The notes under the pieces are model-generated. The model was not told the DNA's origin. It made no database searches and saw only the letters and a program-made list of their open reading frames with translations. From NCBI GenBank assembly GCA_024137785.1, contig JAHRHZ010000018.1, positions 49,640,565 through 49,704,564 on the forward strand: a stretch of 64,000 nucleotides of DNA. Direction: 5' to 3'. Of the stretch, positions 47,131-61,314 are shown piece by piece; position 1 is the first letter of the stretch, and every line of letters starts with the position of its first letter. Source of the stretch: Ginglymostoma cirratum (Eukaryota). A program made the position numbers and the translations under genes.

Positions 47131-49855
47131 AGGCAATCCCTTTGGAAAGGGAGGAGGTGGTGGAAGTTAGTTGGCAGAAAAGTAGAGTTAAAATCACAAT
47201 GCAATCAGCCATGATCTTATTGAATGGTGGAACAGAATGGATGGTCCAAATGCTCCTATTTCTTACCAACTTATGATATTAATTTCACACATACATAATT
47301 TGACCTTCAGAATTGGACCTTTGCCAATTGCTGTTAACCATCTGCCAGTAGTAGAAAACCTTCACTGCTCTTAAAGAGATGAAGGATATGTGGTCATAAA
47401 TTATCAAGTAAATTCACTGTCAGGTATATCTTGTTTCTTTAAGAATCTTCAGACAGACAAGGTCAAGGGCTGGGACTTTAAAAAAAAAACAACTTGCATT
47501 TATTAATTTCCGTCTTTACTTAACAATTGCAGAAGTATTTTGGGTGCCTCAGTCAACCCTTTCCCATTCAATTGAAGCAACTTATTGTTCGTGAATTGCC
47601 ATTGACAACATGGGATATTACCTGCAGTTTGTATTGAGAGGGGGGGGTTCATCCATGTCCTGATCATTTGCAATTAATCCAGCCTTCTCAACACTTTGAG
47701 TCTCAGCTTGTCTAATTCTCTCGCCTACTATGAGCAAAGCTTAGAAAAATGAATATCAAGTGACATCTTTTTGATGCCAATGAATGTAAGTTATTGATCA
47801 TTTGACGGGCAGAGGAATATAATGAGGATATTTCTGGCTAAGCCATGGGGTTATTCATTGTATTGTGTGTATTCTAATCAGGTGCCAACGTTTTCTTGAT
47901 ACAATGGTGTTGAAGTTGCAAGATGTTTTGTCATTTAGGCAGAAGACGACATCATCAATTTTCATTTAGGATCAAATTGAACATATTATAACACTTTGAT
48001 GGATGGGATTTTCTTTAAATTCCAATACATTTATTTTTCCTGAGATCTTGGCGGAGAACAGCAATCTGATCCACCACTCCCCCAGGTGCTGGATATGCCA
48101 TTTTCAATCTGTAGAGAATTATTTATGACTGTAAAGTGGATATCAAGGAAATGTCAATAATTTTTTAGTAAAATGCTTCCATTGTTTTTGAAACTGTAAC
48201 ATATGCAGGAAGCGAGAAGAGAAGGGGGCGATTGTCACCCACTTGCTCAAGGGGAATGCAACTTTTCAGCAGTTAAACTGGAGCAGCTCAATTTCACATT
48301 TTGGTTCCAGCTGATTTCAGATTTTAACAGCACGGCAGGAGATGTGCACGCTCTACTTATGTAGCCGTGAATGTATGTTCAGAGTTTCGCATCCTAAGTG
48401 GGATCCTGTTTGCATTTTAACTCAGGCCTGAGCAGGGAAACAAACACAGAATTGCCAGAGATGAAACCAAACTAGAAGGTCTTGTCAAGGAAGGAAAGAC
48501 CCAACAGTAATGGATGGCTATCCCAGGGTGACCAAGAGGGGCTGGAGTGCTTCAAGGAAAGTTGAGTTTCCTCTGTACTCCACTCCCCGATCCTTGTCCA
48601 ATGCAAGACCATGCTAAAATCCCCCTTCACACATCACATATGAATCTGTGGTAGGTTAAGAGCAATTGAATCTTCAGTAGTCAACAGTCCCATTGCAATA
48701 GGAGAGAAATGGACCAAAGTACCAGAAAATTTTGAGCTGGCAATCCACTTGAGATTAAAATGCACCCTGTAGTTTCTATTAATATTTCACTTCAAAACCT
48801 CCACAATGGTGATAAGCTAATATATGAAACCATTTATTGCTTAAAAAAAACTTTTATCATGAAAAAATGAGTGCATTTTAGATGATCTCCTGCCTCCTGA
48901 CTTTTCAACAGGGTCTAATCATTATGATGCAATGTTATGCATTGTGATGCATACCTACTCTGCATGGGCAGGCTGAATCTTGTAATTAGCTCATCCTCAA
49001 ATTAGGTTATAATATTATTTGTTGGACTTGAACAACATTAGTAAAGAAGGTCCTAGTAACCTCTGGTGTCACAAACAGGGGACAGTGACAGACTAAACCC
49101 ATGTATTCCCCTCACTTTCTGTCAGTAAACAGAGTAATTCAATTTTGATAACATTAAGGAGTGTTCCCAAAATCCCTGTTTTAGTATAAAGTCAATGTTG
49201 AAGTGATTCATCAAAATAGACACTCTTTGAGATTTGTAACCAGGAGCATCATTTGGTCACACATTCAGTCCTAGGGTGGTGATATGTGACGCGGATGCAC
49301 ACACACACACAAGAAAGGTAAGCAGATAAAAGCGGTCTCGCAGATCTGAATCTTAAAACCAAACAGTATGGTTGTCAGTTCACTTGAAGAAGAGAGTCCA
49401 AAAGGCCGGAGTTAGGAGTTGTAGAATTCCTTCAGAGTGTGCAGCTTGGCAAGTCAGCAATTCCTGGCAATGGGATTAGACAGAAAATCAATTTGCTTTT
49501 TGGTTAATTCAAGATCTTTCGGAAGCAGGTTTTGAGGCTTTATCTTACAGACAGTTGCAGCTGTTAGACTAGAGTCTATGGCTTTCGTGGCTGGTGGTGG
49601 CGGGTTGATTGAGGCCTTAAGAATGTGTGATTAAAGCTCTCCAAAATTGGAAAGGAATTTCAATCACATTTCTCTGGCCATCAAGGACATAGTGGGTGGC
49701 TAATAGTGAGTGGTTGATGCAAACAAAGGAGTTTTCACCCCTATTCTTCAGTCAGACCCACTGAGCATACCTCAGGAGATGGGTAATTACATTAAGCACC
49801 AATGCTATGAGTTCTGAAATGTCTTGTCTAATGATTGAGCTGAGCTTGGAGACCA

Positions 49856-50985
49856 GGGGCTGAATCTTAAATTTTTTGGCTAAGTATTAGTTTTGTCAAG
49901 TTTCATGGAGATGTCTTCCACACATCCAAGTAATATCTCTCACCATAAATTATCAAACCCGTTGTATTACTTACCTGCCCCACCTTTATATTGCACCTCT
50001 TTCCCAATTCTGTCCTTATTCTACCACTCACCAAACTGGAACACTTCACCACTGCTGGGATATCCAGGAGTGGACCAGAATCTCTGGCACTGACACCATC
50101 TTTAAAAGCCCATTGCGCACTGGGACAAGCACTGTCAGTCCACAGCTACCTGCAACAGTTCCTGATATTTGCCCCAGGTATGGCAGACAAGGGAGAATTG
50201 GCACCCTGCTGTGCAGGCAGTGACCTGAAGGTCTTTGGAGGACAGGGTGGTGCAGAGGTGGGATACTGGCAGTGGAGTCCACAACACCATGCCATGCCAA
50301 CCTAGTCTGAAGGCTGCCATCTGCAGTCTCAGCCATCTGGAGGAAAACACAGCAATGTAGAAAGACCTTATCCACCCCACCAGCGTAAGTGCTTCCATCT
50401 CCTGTCCAATACCTCTCACCCACTCCAACTTTACTACTATATCTACCTGCCACTAACATCTATGCCACTCTCTGTCAGCCACCACAACTCCTGACAGCAC
50501 TAACCCTGCTTGCCCTCTGCGCTTGAGGCCCTTCCCCACCTGTATCAAATGTGACAGTTTTGCCACCTGGTGGAAGCCCTCAGCTAGTATTGGAGCAAGC
50601 CCTGAGATGTAGGTGCCTGGTGTCCAATATGGAGGTCCTTTAGAGCAAGTGGTGTGCTGAAGTTGCCAGGTACCTGCTGTGGTTTCTATGTCAAGAATTC
50701 TCGGTATTTAGCTTCCACACAATGGGTGGAAGGATAAATATTTGCATATTAATGAGATGAGATGTACAGTTAATAAAGTCATTAACAAGCAACAATCTGA
50801 GTTAATAGACAAGTGATCACTGCCCAGAGAGAACCTTGCCTCCCGAGCTCCATGCCTGTGACATAATCAAAAGATGTAGTGAGTTGTTCCTGATATCAAG
50901 GTAGGCCCCATTGGCCCTACTGCATGACTTTGCCACAGATCCTGCCTTCGCCCACATAGTTCAGGCCCCTATAAGACCCTGCCCC
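49856..50985 (+). mobile_element. Deleted PIF/Harbinger-like DNA transposon with a Myb/SANT relic (50179-50390)
   Basis: Imperfect TIRs GGGGCTGAATCTTA and TAAGACCCTGCCCC. MADKGELAP..GSDLKV.EDRVVQRWD...WRKTQQCRK..LIHPTS is followed by a GTAAGT donor. Confidence 0.6.
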
Positions 50986-53900
50986 AACAGTCTGAGCTCT
51001 CTTTCTTTCAATGATTTTGAGTCTGTCCACACAATAATAGGTGAGAAATTCAGCAAGGGCTATCTCTAGCCTCATCCCTCTTCAATTTATTGTTGAAAGC
51101 TTGTAGAAATTTGGCCAGCTTGCAAATCATTTGACATGTAGCAGCCATTTTAAAGGTCCAGCAAAATCAATTTTATAAAGAAGAAAAGTGCAGCTTTTAG
51201 CAATTTGTGATATCCTTTGTTTCCCCACAGACATGACACTTATAATGTTTAATTATGAGCAGTGCAGCTGTTCCAGCCAACAACATCAGTCAAATTGATG
51301 GGTGAGCAGAAGAATTTTGAGATTAGAGGTGATAGCAAGCGATTTAAATTCTTGTTCGAAAAAAGCAACAAGAGAGATTGTGCTACCCTATGTATTACTA
51401 TTAATTTTAGTGAAGTTTCAAAATAAGAAGTATTTTGCATTCTTGTCTATCTTGAGTAACAGTTCTGCTCGATCCTATGACTTTTCACATTCTTGAAAGA
51501 TAGATGAGTATATTAATATACTTTTATTGGTATGGGACTACAATAACTGAGATTTACAATTTATATGAACATGGAATTATTTGCAGTTCCACATAATAAT
51601 TCACTACCATGGTAATTTTATAAATTAAATAAAGATATGCTTATTTACTGAAAATAAACCAATTGGCCACTGTTAACAAGCATGATTTTTTTTCCCTCTG
51701 GCAATTAAAGGGGGAAAATTGGCATGGCAAACAAGTTAATACTTCTATATGTTAATTGCCAGAAAGCCATGATAACTTCAACTAAACTTCATCAGCTCAT
51801 AAAATATGTCAGATTCTGTTCCAAGAGGTGTTCTATGTTAACAAGAGTACAACAGAACGTAAATTCGTACTGTGGCCTTAAAAATCTGGCATTTCTAAAA
51901 ATGACACACAAATCACTGGCAGAATAGAACCACAATGGGCAGAATTTAATGACCACAGTGATGGAGTCAGAGCTAGGGAGAAAAGACATGATCTGTGGAC
52001 TTCTCCTGTTTTTGGTCCCTTACTCCTATCCCACACCCTCACATTTCACAATCCTCTTACTTCCTTCAGAAGTTGGAACAGGAGTCAAAGTATATTTTCC
52101 TCTGCCCAAGGGTCCTCTTGAGATTTTCTCAAGGGCTATTTTTTGATTTTCAATAACTGTTTTTGCTTTCTCACTAACTTACTTATTCAGTGATGCAATC
52201 TCATAGTAACAACACCAATACTTTTGTTGACATTTAAGACATTTGGTCTCCCACAGAAGCAGAAGCAGAAGAATGCATCCATATACCGAGTACTAGCTAA
52301 CCTATTATTAAACTCAAGGCTATAATGCTCAAGGAAAACATTAATCTCATATTCCCTGCAGTATTTAAATTGACACAAGACAGCTGGCAGTTAGCAACAT
52401 TCCTTTTCAAAATAACTAGCACACCTCTATTGACAATGGACCATCACTCTAAAACTGCTTCCACAGAGTAATGAAGTCACAAATAATGCATTTCCACCAC
52501 ACATACTCAAAACTGGAAGATTTTAACCAGGCAGTTACAACTCTTTTCACTACATCTCAGATCTCAATGGCAGATTTAAATGTAATAATTGACACAGTGT
52601 TCATTACAATAGCATCCACTGCATATAACAACTACCGAATATATGCAACCTTAAGCTAGAGATTCCAGATTCATTTGCAGGGCAATGATCACCTGTATTC
52701 CTGGCTCCTTGTTAGCTGAGTATCCATTTGTTGGCAGGTTTAAATTGTTCACTCTCCTTTGTGTCTCCCTGTCCCCCTGCCCTCATCTTCAGCGACTGAA
52801 TTTTCTGTGTGCTTTGGGGGTATATTTGCTCTCTGCTCCCATATGTTTTTAGTGCGTTTTAGATGGCCAACATGCCCCTACAGCATGGACACCAGTGATT
52901 ATCACCATTGGGTTGGAGGGTGATTTATACCTTTCCAATGCCTTGTATGGGCTTGTGCCAACACCTAGTGAGTTGGTAGAATCCCTTGCACATTTTATCT
53001 GGGAAGCTCGATGCTATTCTGAGGTAATCAGGCACTTAACAGCATAGCATTGGTCCTCCCATCAAATTATACCTACGGTAAGGTGGATATCATACTCCTA
53101 AGAGTTTATGACCCATCAAGGGCCAGTTGCTGTTCAATGTTCACACTACAATACTGGTACTACAGTGGGTGTATCATGTGGATTACCAGTGGATCTCCAT
53201 ATAGAGTGAAGTAAGATGAAATTTACGCTCTTATAAATGAACATGAGAAAACTGTATTAAACATAAGTATTTATGAGTCATGGTAAGAGAGACATCTTCA
53301 AAATCTTGACAGATTCAGGGTTCCATTCCACAGGATGGGACTTGCAGAACATTAGTTAAGGAGGGTTCAGATATATGGGATGTCTCACTATGATGCCCCT
53401 TTCATCTGGGTGCAGGGCCTCTCATTTAGAGAGGTCGACAGTAGACCGGTGCTAAACCTAACAACCTCTGCTGGTTAACTCTCTGGCAAACACCCTGCAT
53501 GCCATTGGCTGAATACCAGTGATGGCTGTGATCAGGCCCTTAAGTGGCTACCTCAGAGGTTCAATTGACCTCTGGTGGGAAGGTCATCTGTTAGCCTTCC
53601 AGCTCTGAACATGATTAGCAGGAGTAAGGAGGGCTAGTGGATCTTCACACCTCACCCTCCCACTTGATCACATGCCCCTCTCCACTTCTAAACTCATTAG
53701 GGTGGAGGGGGCATTAAGTTACATTCAGAAGGTGTGGCTGTCTCTCTGCTGCCAAACTGGAATCATTGATACTTTCTGGCGATGGTCTAGTTTCTTCAAA
53801 TTTGCTCAGTACATGGCATTCACCATTCACACATGACCTGTCAATGAGGCCCAATTTGAGAATGACTCATCCGCTACTTCCTTTCAATTATATTGAGATT

Positions 53901-55004
53901 GATGACTTATTAAGGTCATTGAGAAACACAGCTAAACAGAGATGCCATTGGGGTTTACCCCATTCAGGGTTCGGGTATTTTCATGTTAGTTTGATCAATT
54001 GTCTAATTCTTGTCACAGCAATAGATATTAGATCATGATGGGCATAGAGAGACAATGATTGATATCATTCACAAAGCAAATTAGTTCATTATCATGAAAT
54101 GTGTACCCAATAAACTATTCATCATCTGTAGCTTAACCTCCCTCTGATGGAACAACATCATTATATTCTTCCTTCTGGAACTCTTCAAAGAAACGTAGAT
54201 TTAGCGTGTGTCAGACAGTCTTGTCTAACTTTGTTTTGTTAGTCACATCAGACAGCTTCAGAACAGATGCGGGTGCATTTGGAACATGTTCCACAGGAGC
54301 AAGAAGGGAACTATTGACAACAGAATGAACATGGACATTAAATCTCATTTCAGAGTTGATCAGAATTCTGTGATTTCACACAACTCAACTCAATCCTGGA
54401 GTGCAGCTTAGAGACAGGCTGTGATAAATATAAAATAGCCATGTTGAAGCCCAAGGAAATTGACTGTGTCTTATGGATGCTGAGCTGTAACAAATGTTTG
54501 CATCAATCAGGACTGGTTACTGAATAGGCAGCCAGTATAACGACTGTAATGAGACAATGATGATGATTGTAGCCTTATACAAACTAACAGCAGACTTAAA
54601 AAGGGATGCCAGTAGGCGAGAAAAGCCAATGAGATGAAGTTGCAATCACATATTTTTAAAATGAATTTAACCAGGGTGCTCAAGATACTGTACGTGAATT
54701 TGAAGCAAAATTGGATGAATAGACGGAGTGCTTAAGAAAATGGCATATAAAACAGAAAACTGGAAACAATGCATCCAAAGTCCTTGGAGAGTAAAGACAA
54801 GCTGCTAAAAGGGAGTTAACTTAAAAGGATGGGATACTGAGTCTACTTTTTAGAAAAAAGGTAATAATGAATGTTTTAGTTTGACTCAGAATAATTTTTG
54901 AAGATGTGGATTTTGAATGAAGGAAATATGGCAGTTATACAGAACCCATAACAGCCTCAGAATGCTCTCTTACAACATACAATGACCAAATAGTTTGTTT
55001 TTAA

Positions 55005-55125
55005 TGGTGTTGGATGAGGGAATAAGTACTATTTAAGACACTAGGAGAAATCCCTGCTCTTCTTCAAAAACTACCACAACCTAGATTATATACTCACATC
55101 TCTGGAAGCAGATGTTGGGTTTCAG
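55005..55125 (-). mobile_element. Deu-domain SINE relic (SacSINE1/AmnSINE1-like)
   Basis: GTTGGATGAGGGAATAAGTA...GACACTAGGAGAAATCCCTGCTCTTCTTCAAAAA resembles the recalled reverse Deu domain GAGGGATAAATATTGGCCAGGACACC...CCCTGCTCTTCTTCGAAA. Confidence 0.5.
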
Positions 55126-56032
55126 AACTTGTATTCAGGAGCCGTTAATGGATTTCATGGATGAAGTAATTATAGTAAGAGCTAGAGAAAGGGAAGGATT
55201 TGAATGAGTTGAAGAACATGAAATAGGGCATAAGAAGGAAGAAGCAGTGGAGATAAGTATGTTCATATTGATGTAATACATCAGAATGAGGCATACACTC
55301 AGTATGGCTATGAAGTCCGAAAGATAGTGTCTGGAGTTAGAGAACACATGCTGACTTAGTTAAGTCATCACTTTATGATCTGGGGAAGAAAAAAGAACAA
55401 AGACTATGGAGTCATACAGATAGATGGGGAAGAGGAAGTAGAGGTGATGAACTTGCTCTGTCATGTTTCCGACATTTCAAATAGCATTGCCTTGTGTGAG
55501 GAAGCTATCTTGGACATGATTGTGAAAGTCTATTCAGGAGAGGATGTTTATGGGGGAAAACAGGCAGGTGGTTTCAGGCAGAGGTTAAGATGAGGTGTCA
55601 GAATACAAGGGTTGAATGGAATAACAAAAATGAGGCAATTTTAACACAGCCCATATTGCTTCCATTTAAGCACAGGATGAAATACAGCAAATAGTTGGAC
55701 AGGATGTTTCATTGAGAGAGAAAGATTGCTGTTAGTGAAAAATAGTTGTTAACTTTGATGACCGAAGAGTAGAAATGATGGATTCAGATTCGATAGTGGG
55801 GAATTAAGCAGGTCACAAGACTTCACAGGTAAAAACTAGAGCTATGTGTTGGCATCATGGAGGCTGCCCAGATTAGTGCAGAGGAAATCCACAAATACAG
55901 TAGGATGGCACAATAGTTCATCAGAAAAGTAAAAATGCATGTGGTATTGGATCAGCAAGGACATTGTGAAACAAGAAAGAAAAAAAGAGGGAGATGTAAT
56001 CATTTTGTTCAATATTTTGTCTCAGAATTTAG

Positions 56033-56252
56033 TCTGATTGATTTGATTTATTATTATCACATGTACCCAAGTACAGTGAAAAGTTTTGTTTTGCATGCAG
56101 TACAGGCAGATCGTAACAGACAAAGATCATAGGGTGATTGAACAGAGCAAGGAATAATTGAGGTTTAAATGTGCAGAACGATTGTAAGAAATATGAGAAT
56201 AAGCTTTACTGTAGAGAGCTCGCAGAGTCGCCCTATGTCAGTACCATCTTGA
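56033..56252 (-). mobile_element. Short bipartite Rex-type non-autonomous element
   Basis: The 3' tail (plus strand GATTTGATTTATT..CACATGTACCCAAGTACAGTGAAAAG) matches 9415-9510; minus-strand head CAAGATGG at ~56244-56251. Confidence 0.55.
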
Positions 56253-58472
56253 CAAGTACATATTCTATTTATCAAAAGTCATCTAACTTTAATAGATATG
56301 CTGATGTAAATTGCCTAATATCAGAAAATCTTTGCTAAAATTTGCTACAGTTCTCAGGTTAGGAATTTGCTGTGCAATTTTTGTTTAATTATCCTCCTGT
56401 GTTAAAGGCACTACATAAATATAGTTCTGATTAAACTTTGCTGGTTTTCTCGAATCACCCTCCCAGTTGATGTAGTGAAGTTGCTATGAATGTTGGGAGA
56501 GGGGTGGTTTGGGGGTGGGGAGTGATCTGGTGAATAACCCCAACGTGTTGGTAATTTAATTGCTGTGGGATTAGAGCAAGCAGCTGAAGGTTTAATGCTG
56601 TGATTCTCCTTAATATCAAATGCCTTTTAAAATAACAAAGGTTGCCATTGTTACAGTCATAAAGTACAAATCATACACATTTATAATTGCCATTTTCCTG
56701 TGTCTCCTTTCAAATTTAACCAAAAGCCAAGTGCAGAGCTTTGCCAAGAGTTAGAATATCTGAATATTCTGCAAGTAATAAATCTTCTATTACTTCAGTG
56801 CAGTGAAACAAGTTCTGCATATTTGCCACTTGACCTCTGCTTTTCCCTTGTGATATCATTTCTGGAGACAGTACAGGTCCACTCCAGCACACAGCTTCCC
56901 ACTCAGGTAATATTTTACACGTGTCTCATCCGCTGCCTTACTGAGGTACAATGATTACAGTCTGTTAGGACAGTTTAGGCTTAATTGCTTTAAATGGACT
57001 AATTTGGACAATATGAGGCAGAATATTCCCTCAGCTATTTTGAAATTATAATTTCCCACCACAAACAGATATCATGCTGCACAGTTCTAATTCATTTAAA
57101 TATATATATGCTGGTTAAAACTCGACACACGTGTTCTTTTAACCCTTTCAATGCCAATGTGAGTTTACATATTCTCCAGCCTAAATAGCAGGTGGAAATA
57201 AGATTTCTCCATTATTCTGTGCATTGTGCGTTCTCGTGCTAATTAGGAAATATAAATTGCTGAGAGGAGGGTTTTTGCACATTGGGCCTTTGTCCAGTGG
57301 GAATTCTATGGAGGCTGACCAAACTAATTTACTTTAGAACCTTTAACAGCTGTCAAACAGAAAAGACTTTCATCCCATTTCCAAATCCCAGAGGTAAAAG
57401 GACTACATTTTAACCTTCCACCTCTGCATTATACAGTCCATGCCTGCAAATTTCTAATACTCAGTAAAATAAAGTTAACCACCAAAATGTAATGGGCCAC
57501 TAATCATTTCTTAAAGGAGAAACTAAATCCCAGAGATCGCGTAATTCCTTCCATGCTATTATTATGAATCTTCTCTTTAATTACTGTGAATATTTCTCAT
57601 CTGTTAGTTAAACCTTTGGTCCTGCATCCCTTGTTCACTTATTAAGTCCCCCTCAGTTGTCATAATATCCTGTTCCTGCTCAGGATTATGGGTAAGTAAT
57701 ATTAGTGAGGAGTTTTACTTGTCATACAAAATTCCCATGGCTGTAGTTTAATTACCTGATACTTTCCTATGGCTTGGAATTTCCTCAAACCCATTTCCAG
57801 AGAAATTACTATGAAATATATGCTGATTTCTACACCATGTTGGTAACAGGATCTTATGCCTAAATTAGCAAGTGAGCTTATTTGTTTACAGCGGAACGTA
57901 CACAACTGCATGAAGGTAATTGAAAATGGAACACTAAAACGCAGGAACATAAGTCTCAATATGCAGCACAGAATTGTGAAAATTAATTTTAATCTTTCCC
58001 TTTTTGCTTCAACACCACCAACCCCTAATCCCAAGCACAGTTCTCTCTCCCCTAATTGCTGGGTACCATTCCTAATGACATTCAGCTATGACCTTTTGCA
58101 GTCTATTTTCATACACAGCGTCCCCAAACTATTAATAAGGGTAGCTGATGAGCAAGAAAGGAAGTGAAAATTTGTCCTGGATGTTAAATTTAGATCAGAT
58201 TCTACATCTCTGGCATTTCTGTGTGCTTTCCCCATAACCTGTCTTGCCTCCCACCTTCGCATAAGAACAAGAGTGGGCCATTCAGCTGTCCAAGCATTCT
58301 CTGCCACTCGTTTAGATCATGGCAGATCTTATCTCAACTCCATCCAACTGCCTTATCTCCGGATCTTTTTGATCATTTTCAAACAATAATCTATCAATTA
58401 CAGTTCTGAAATTTTCAATTTGCCCAATCTCAACAGCTCTTTTTGAGAAAGTGGGCTAACATCTTCTGTCAA

Positions 58473-58742
58473 GATGGCATTGTGGCTGAGTGGTTAGTAC
58501 TGTTGCCTCACAGTGCCAGGCTGCTGAGTTCAATTCCACCCTCAGGGGACTGTCAGCGCGCAATCTTTGTGTCCATGTGGGTTTTCTCTGTGTGCTCTGA
58601 TTTCTCCCCAAAGATATGTAGTTTAGATGAATTGGCCATGGGAAATGCAGGGTTACAGAGACAGGGTGGGATGTTCTTCAGATGGCCAATGTGGACTCGA
58701 TGGGCTGAATGGCCTGCTTCCACAGTGTAAGGATTCTATGAA
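58473..58742 (+). mobile_element. HE1-type SINE (diverged)
   Basis: TGGCTGAGTGGTTAGTACTGTTGCCTCACAGTGCCAGG...GGCCTGCTTCCACAGTGTAAGGATTCTATG. Confidence 0.85.
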
Positions 58743-59234
58743 ATCATATCCTTTTCCCTCTTTTGTACCTTTTTGGTTATTCTGTAAAACCTCAACTTGT
58801 CCATTGGAAATGTCAGTTTTGCAGCTTGGGCGTTCTGAATGCACAAGTGGGAGAAGGAGCTGAGGACCAAAAACATTTGAATGTATAGATGCTGACAGCA
58901 CATTGGTTAAGTATAGTCCAGATGGAACTAAGAATTTGTTTTCTAAAAAGTATTAACTTTGCACTTTTGGTTTATTTCATGTTACGTGGGATTGCGATAA
59001 TGCTAGTTGATTACCTGTCATATCAACCATCATTGAAATCAGATTTTAACAACAGTGACAGACTAAAACCAATACAAATCCAGACAACTTGTTAAGTACC
59101 TTGACAGATAGTCCAATAAAAAATAAGTGTGCACGGCATACTGAAGTCTACGGAGTTGGTGTATTGATAATATTGTCCCATATTGTTGTCTGATGCAACA
59201 TACAACACAAAGTCTCCATTTATTGCATTATATT

Positions 59235-60030
59235 GAATGTAGACATAAAAGAACATAAATTACTCTCCTCGTTTTTCTGTTCTACCATTCATTTAAGTCA
59301 TTGCTAATCTGTACCTCAACACTATCTATTTGCTTTTGTGAGCGTTGTCTTATAGGAATAGTTTGGACAACCTAGGCTCGTTTCCACTGGAGTTCATAAG
59401 AACGAGGGGTGACGTGACTGCGCTTACATAAGATCGTGAATGGTTTTGACAAGGTGGATATGGAAAAGATGATTCTTCTTTTGGTCCAGGCCAGAACTAA
59501 GGGGCGCACTTTTAAAATTAGGGGTCACATTTTCAAAGCACAATTTAAAAAAAAATCTTTTTCAATGAGAGTTAAGTAACTTTGGAACCCTTTGCCTCTG
59601 AAAACATTGTAAGCGGGGTCATGGAATACTTTTCAGGCAGAAGTGGATGGATGGATATATGGATAAATTCTCTTCTGAGGCAAGAGAATCAAGGGTTATC
59701 AGAGATAGATGTGAATGTGGAATCTGAAGCTCCAACAGTGTGAAAGCAGGCCAATCAGCCCATCGAGTCCATACCGATCCTCTGAAGAACATCCCACCCA
59801 GATCCATTTGAATGATGGAGCAGGTTGGATAGTCCACTTCTGCTCTATTTTCTATGTTCATACATCTATTGATGTCTTCCCCTAACAAAAATTGACTGAT
59901 TTTGGTCTTGAAAATGTAATTTGGCCAAGCGTCCATAGCCTTTTGAAGGAGAGATATCTGGATTTCCATTACCCCTTGTGTGAAAAGAAGTTTCCTAATG
60001 CTTCCTAGATGACCAAGCTCTAATTTTGAG
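59235..60030. mobile_element. Cluster of CR1/HER1 3' fragments in both orientations, plus an HE1 tail (59730-59805, minus)
   Basis: LGSFPLEFIRTRGDV-like peptide on plus (59345-59870), flanked by minus-strand CR1 3' pieces. Confidence 0.65.
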
Positions 60031-61314
60031 ATTATTTATGGACGGAAAATAATTTCGCTGTTACAACTAATACAAGTCAAACTGCCATCTGCATGAACAT
60101 ATTAAGGATTGCAGGAGCCACAAGACAAAAGAGCACCATCTGTGACTGAACAGTCCAGAAATAGTCGCAGTTAAAACAGGTGTTGTGCTGAAGGCATCTA
60201 TTTAATGAATGAAATTGGATTTTAAAAAAAAGCATAGCCAGAAGGAAATCAAAGAAAAAAAGACAGAATTGAGAGAAATAAAGCCCATCCATCAATAAGC
60301 TAACAGAAGTTTTAATTTATATTTTCAGATATTTGTGTGCCCTAATATTTCAATTGGAAGGAAACAAAAGATGAAGCTTTCTTTTTTTCTTATTATGTTC
60401 TTGCAGAACTGTAAAAAGCAGCCTCCAAGTCTTTGAGAAGATCAGGGATGATTTTTCAAAGGCAGGTACTTTACATCAGAATGTCCTACACTAGTCAGCC
60501 TTCAAATTTCTCAAAGGGAATATTCACAGTAACCACCCAGATAGGGTGAAGCAGGGCAGTGACCTTTTTTTTTAACTAGCACGATGAGGCAATTGTCAGT
60601 CAAACTGTTCTGTCAGTTGTGCCCAATGCTATTTCATACAATTATGTTAGGTACTTTGTCAGTGTGCAGACTGTCGACAGTCTGCAGTCTTTACACTGGT
60701 CTGAACTTTTTCTAACAAGAATGATGCTGGCTATTTAGCATACATCCAGATGTAGAACCTATAGGCAGAGATCATCATGTGGCTGGCTTGTCTGCTGGCT
60801 TTCATCCTCAATAACCCATGCAATATGACCCAGAGAAAGTTTGAAAAATCTGGCTGGTCTCACCTACTTCAGGAGTCTGTTGTTTCTCACAAAAGATTGA
60901 ACTTGTTCCGGTGCCCCAATTCTCTAAGGTGTTGCTTATTACTTAAGATTGATAGGGTCTTTTCTGGGTGAAGAGGTTGAGGAGACAAGGACATTGATTG
61001 ATTAACTGCATTAGTCTACAAATGTCCATTGGATCCCCTGGGTGCAGTCAACCAGGAAATACCTGCAGGAGATATCAAATGACCAAAAGGAAGTTTAATT
61101 TAATCAACAGAATTGCTGGATTTTGAACTCGTTGGCATGGGGGAATTTGGAAAGAAATGCTTTCAGAGCACAGCTTCCCGAGACCAGATTTGAGATTTGT
61201 AAAGAGTAATGAGGGAGAAGAGTTGAGAGTCTAAGCCAGTCCTGGCAGTTCCTTTTCTAACTCTGGAGCTGCATGGTTGACTGATGATCAAAAAACAAAG
61301 TTGTATGATTAACA

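Noticed and set aside
54380-55700. Possible ancient L2 LINE relic on the minus strand
   Set aside because: Too degraded to show a diagnostic motif.
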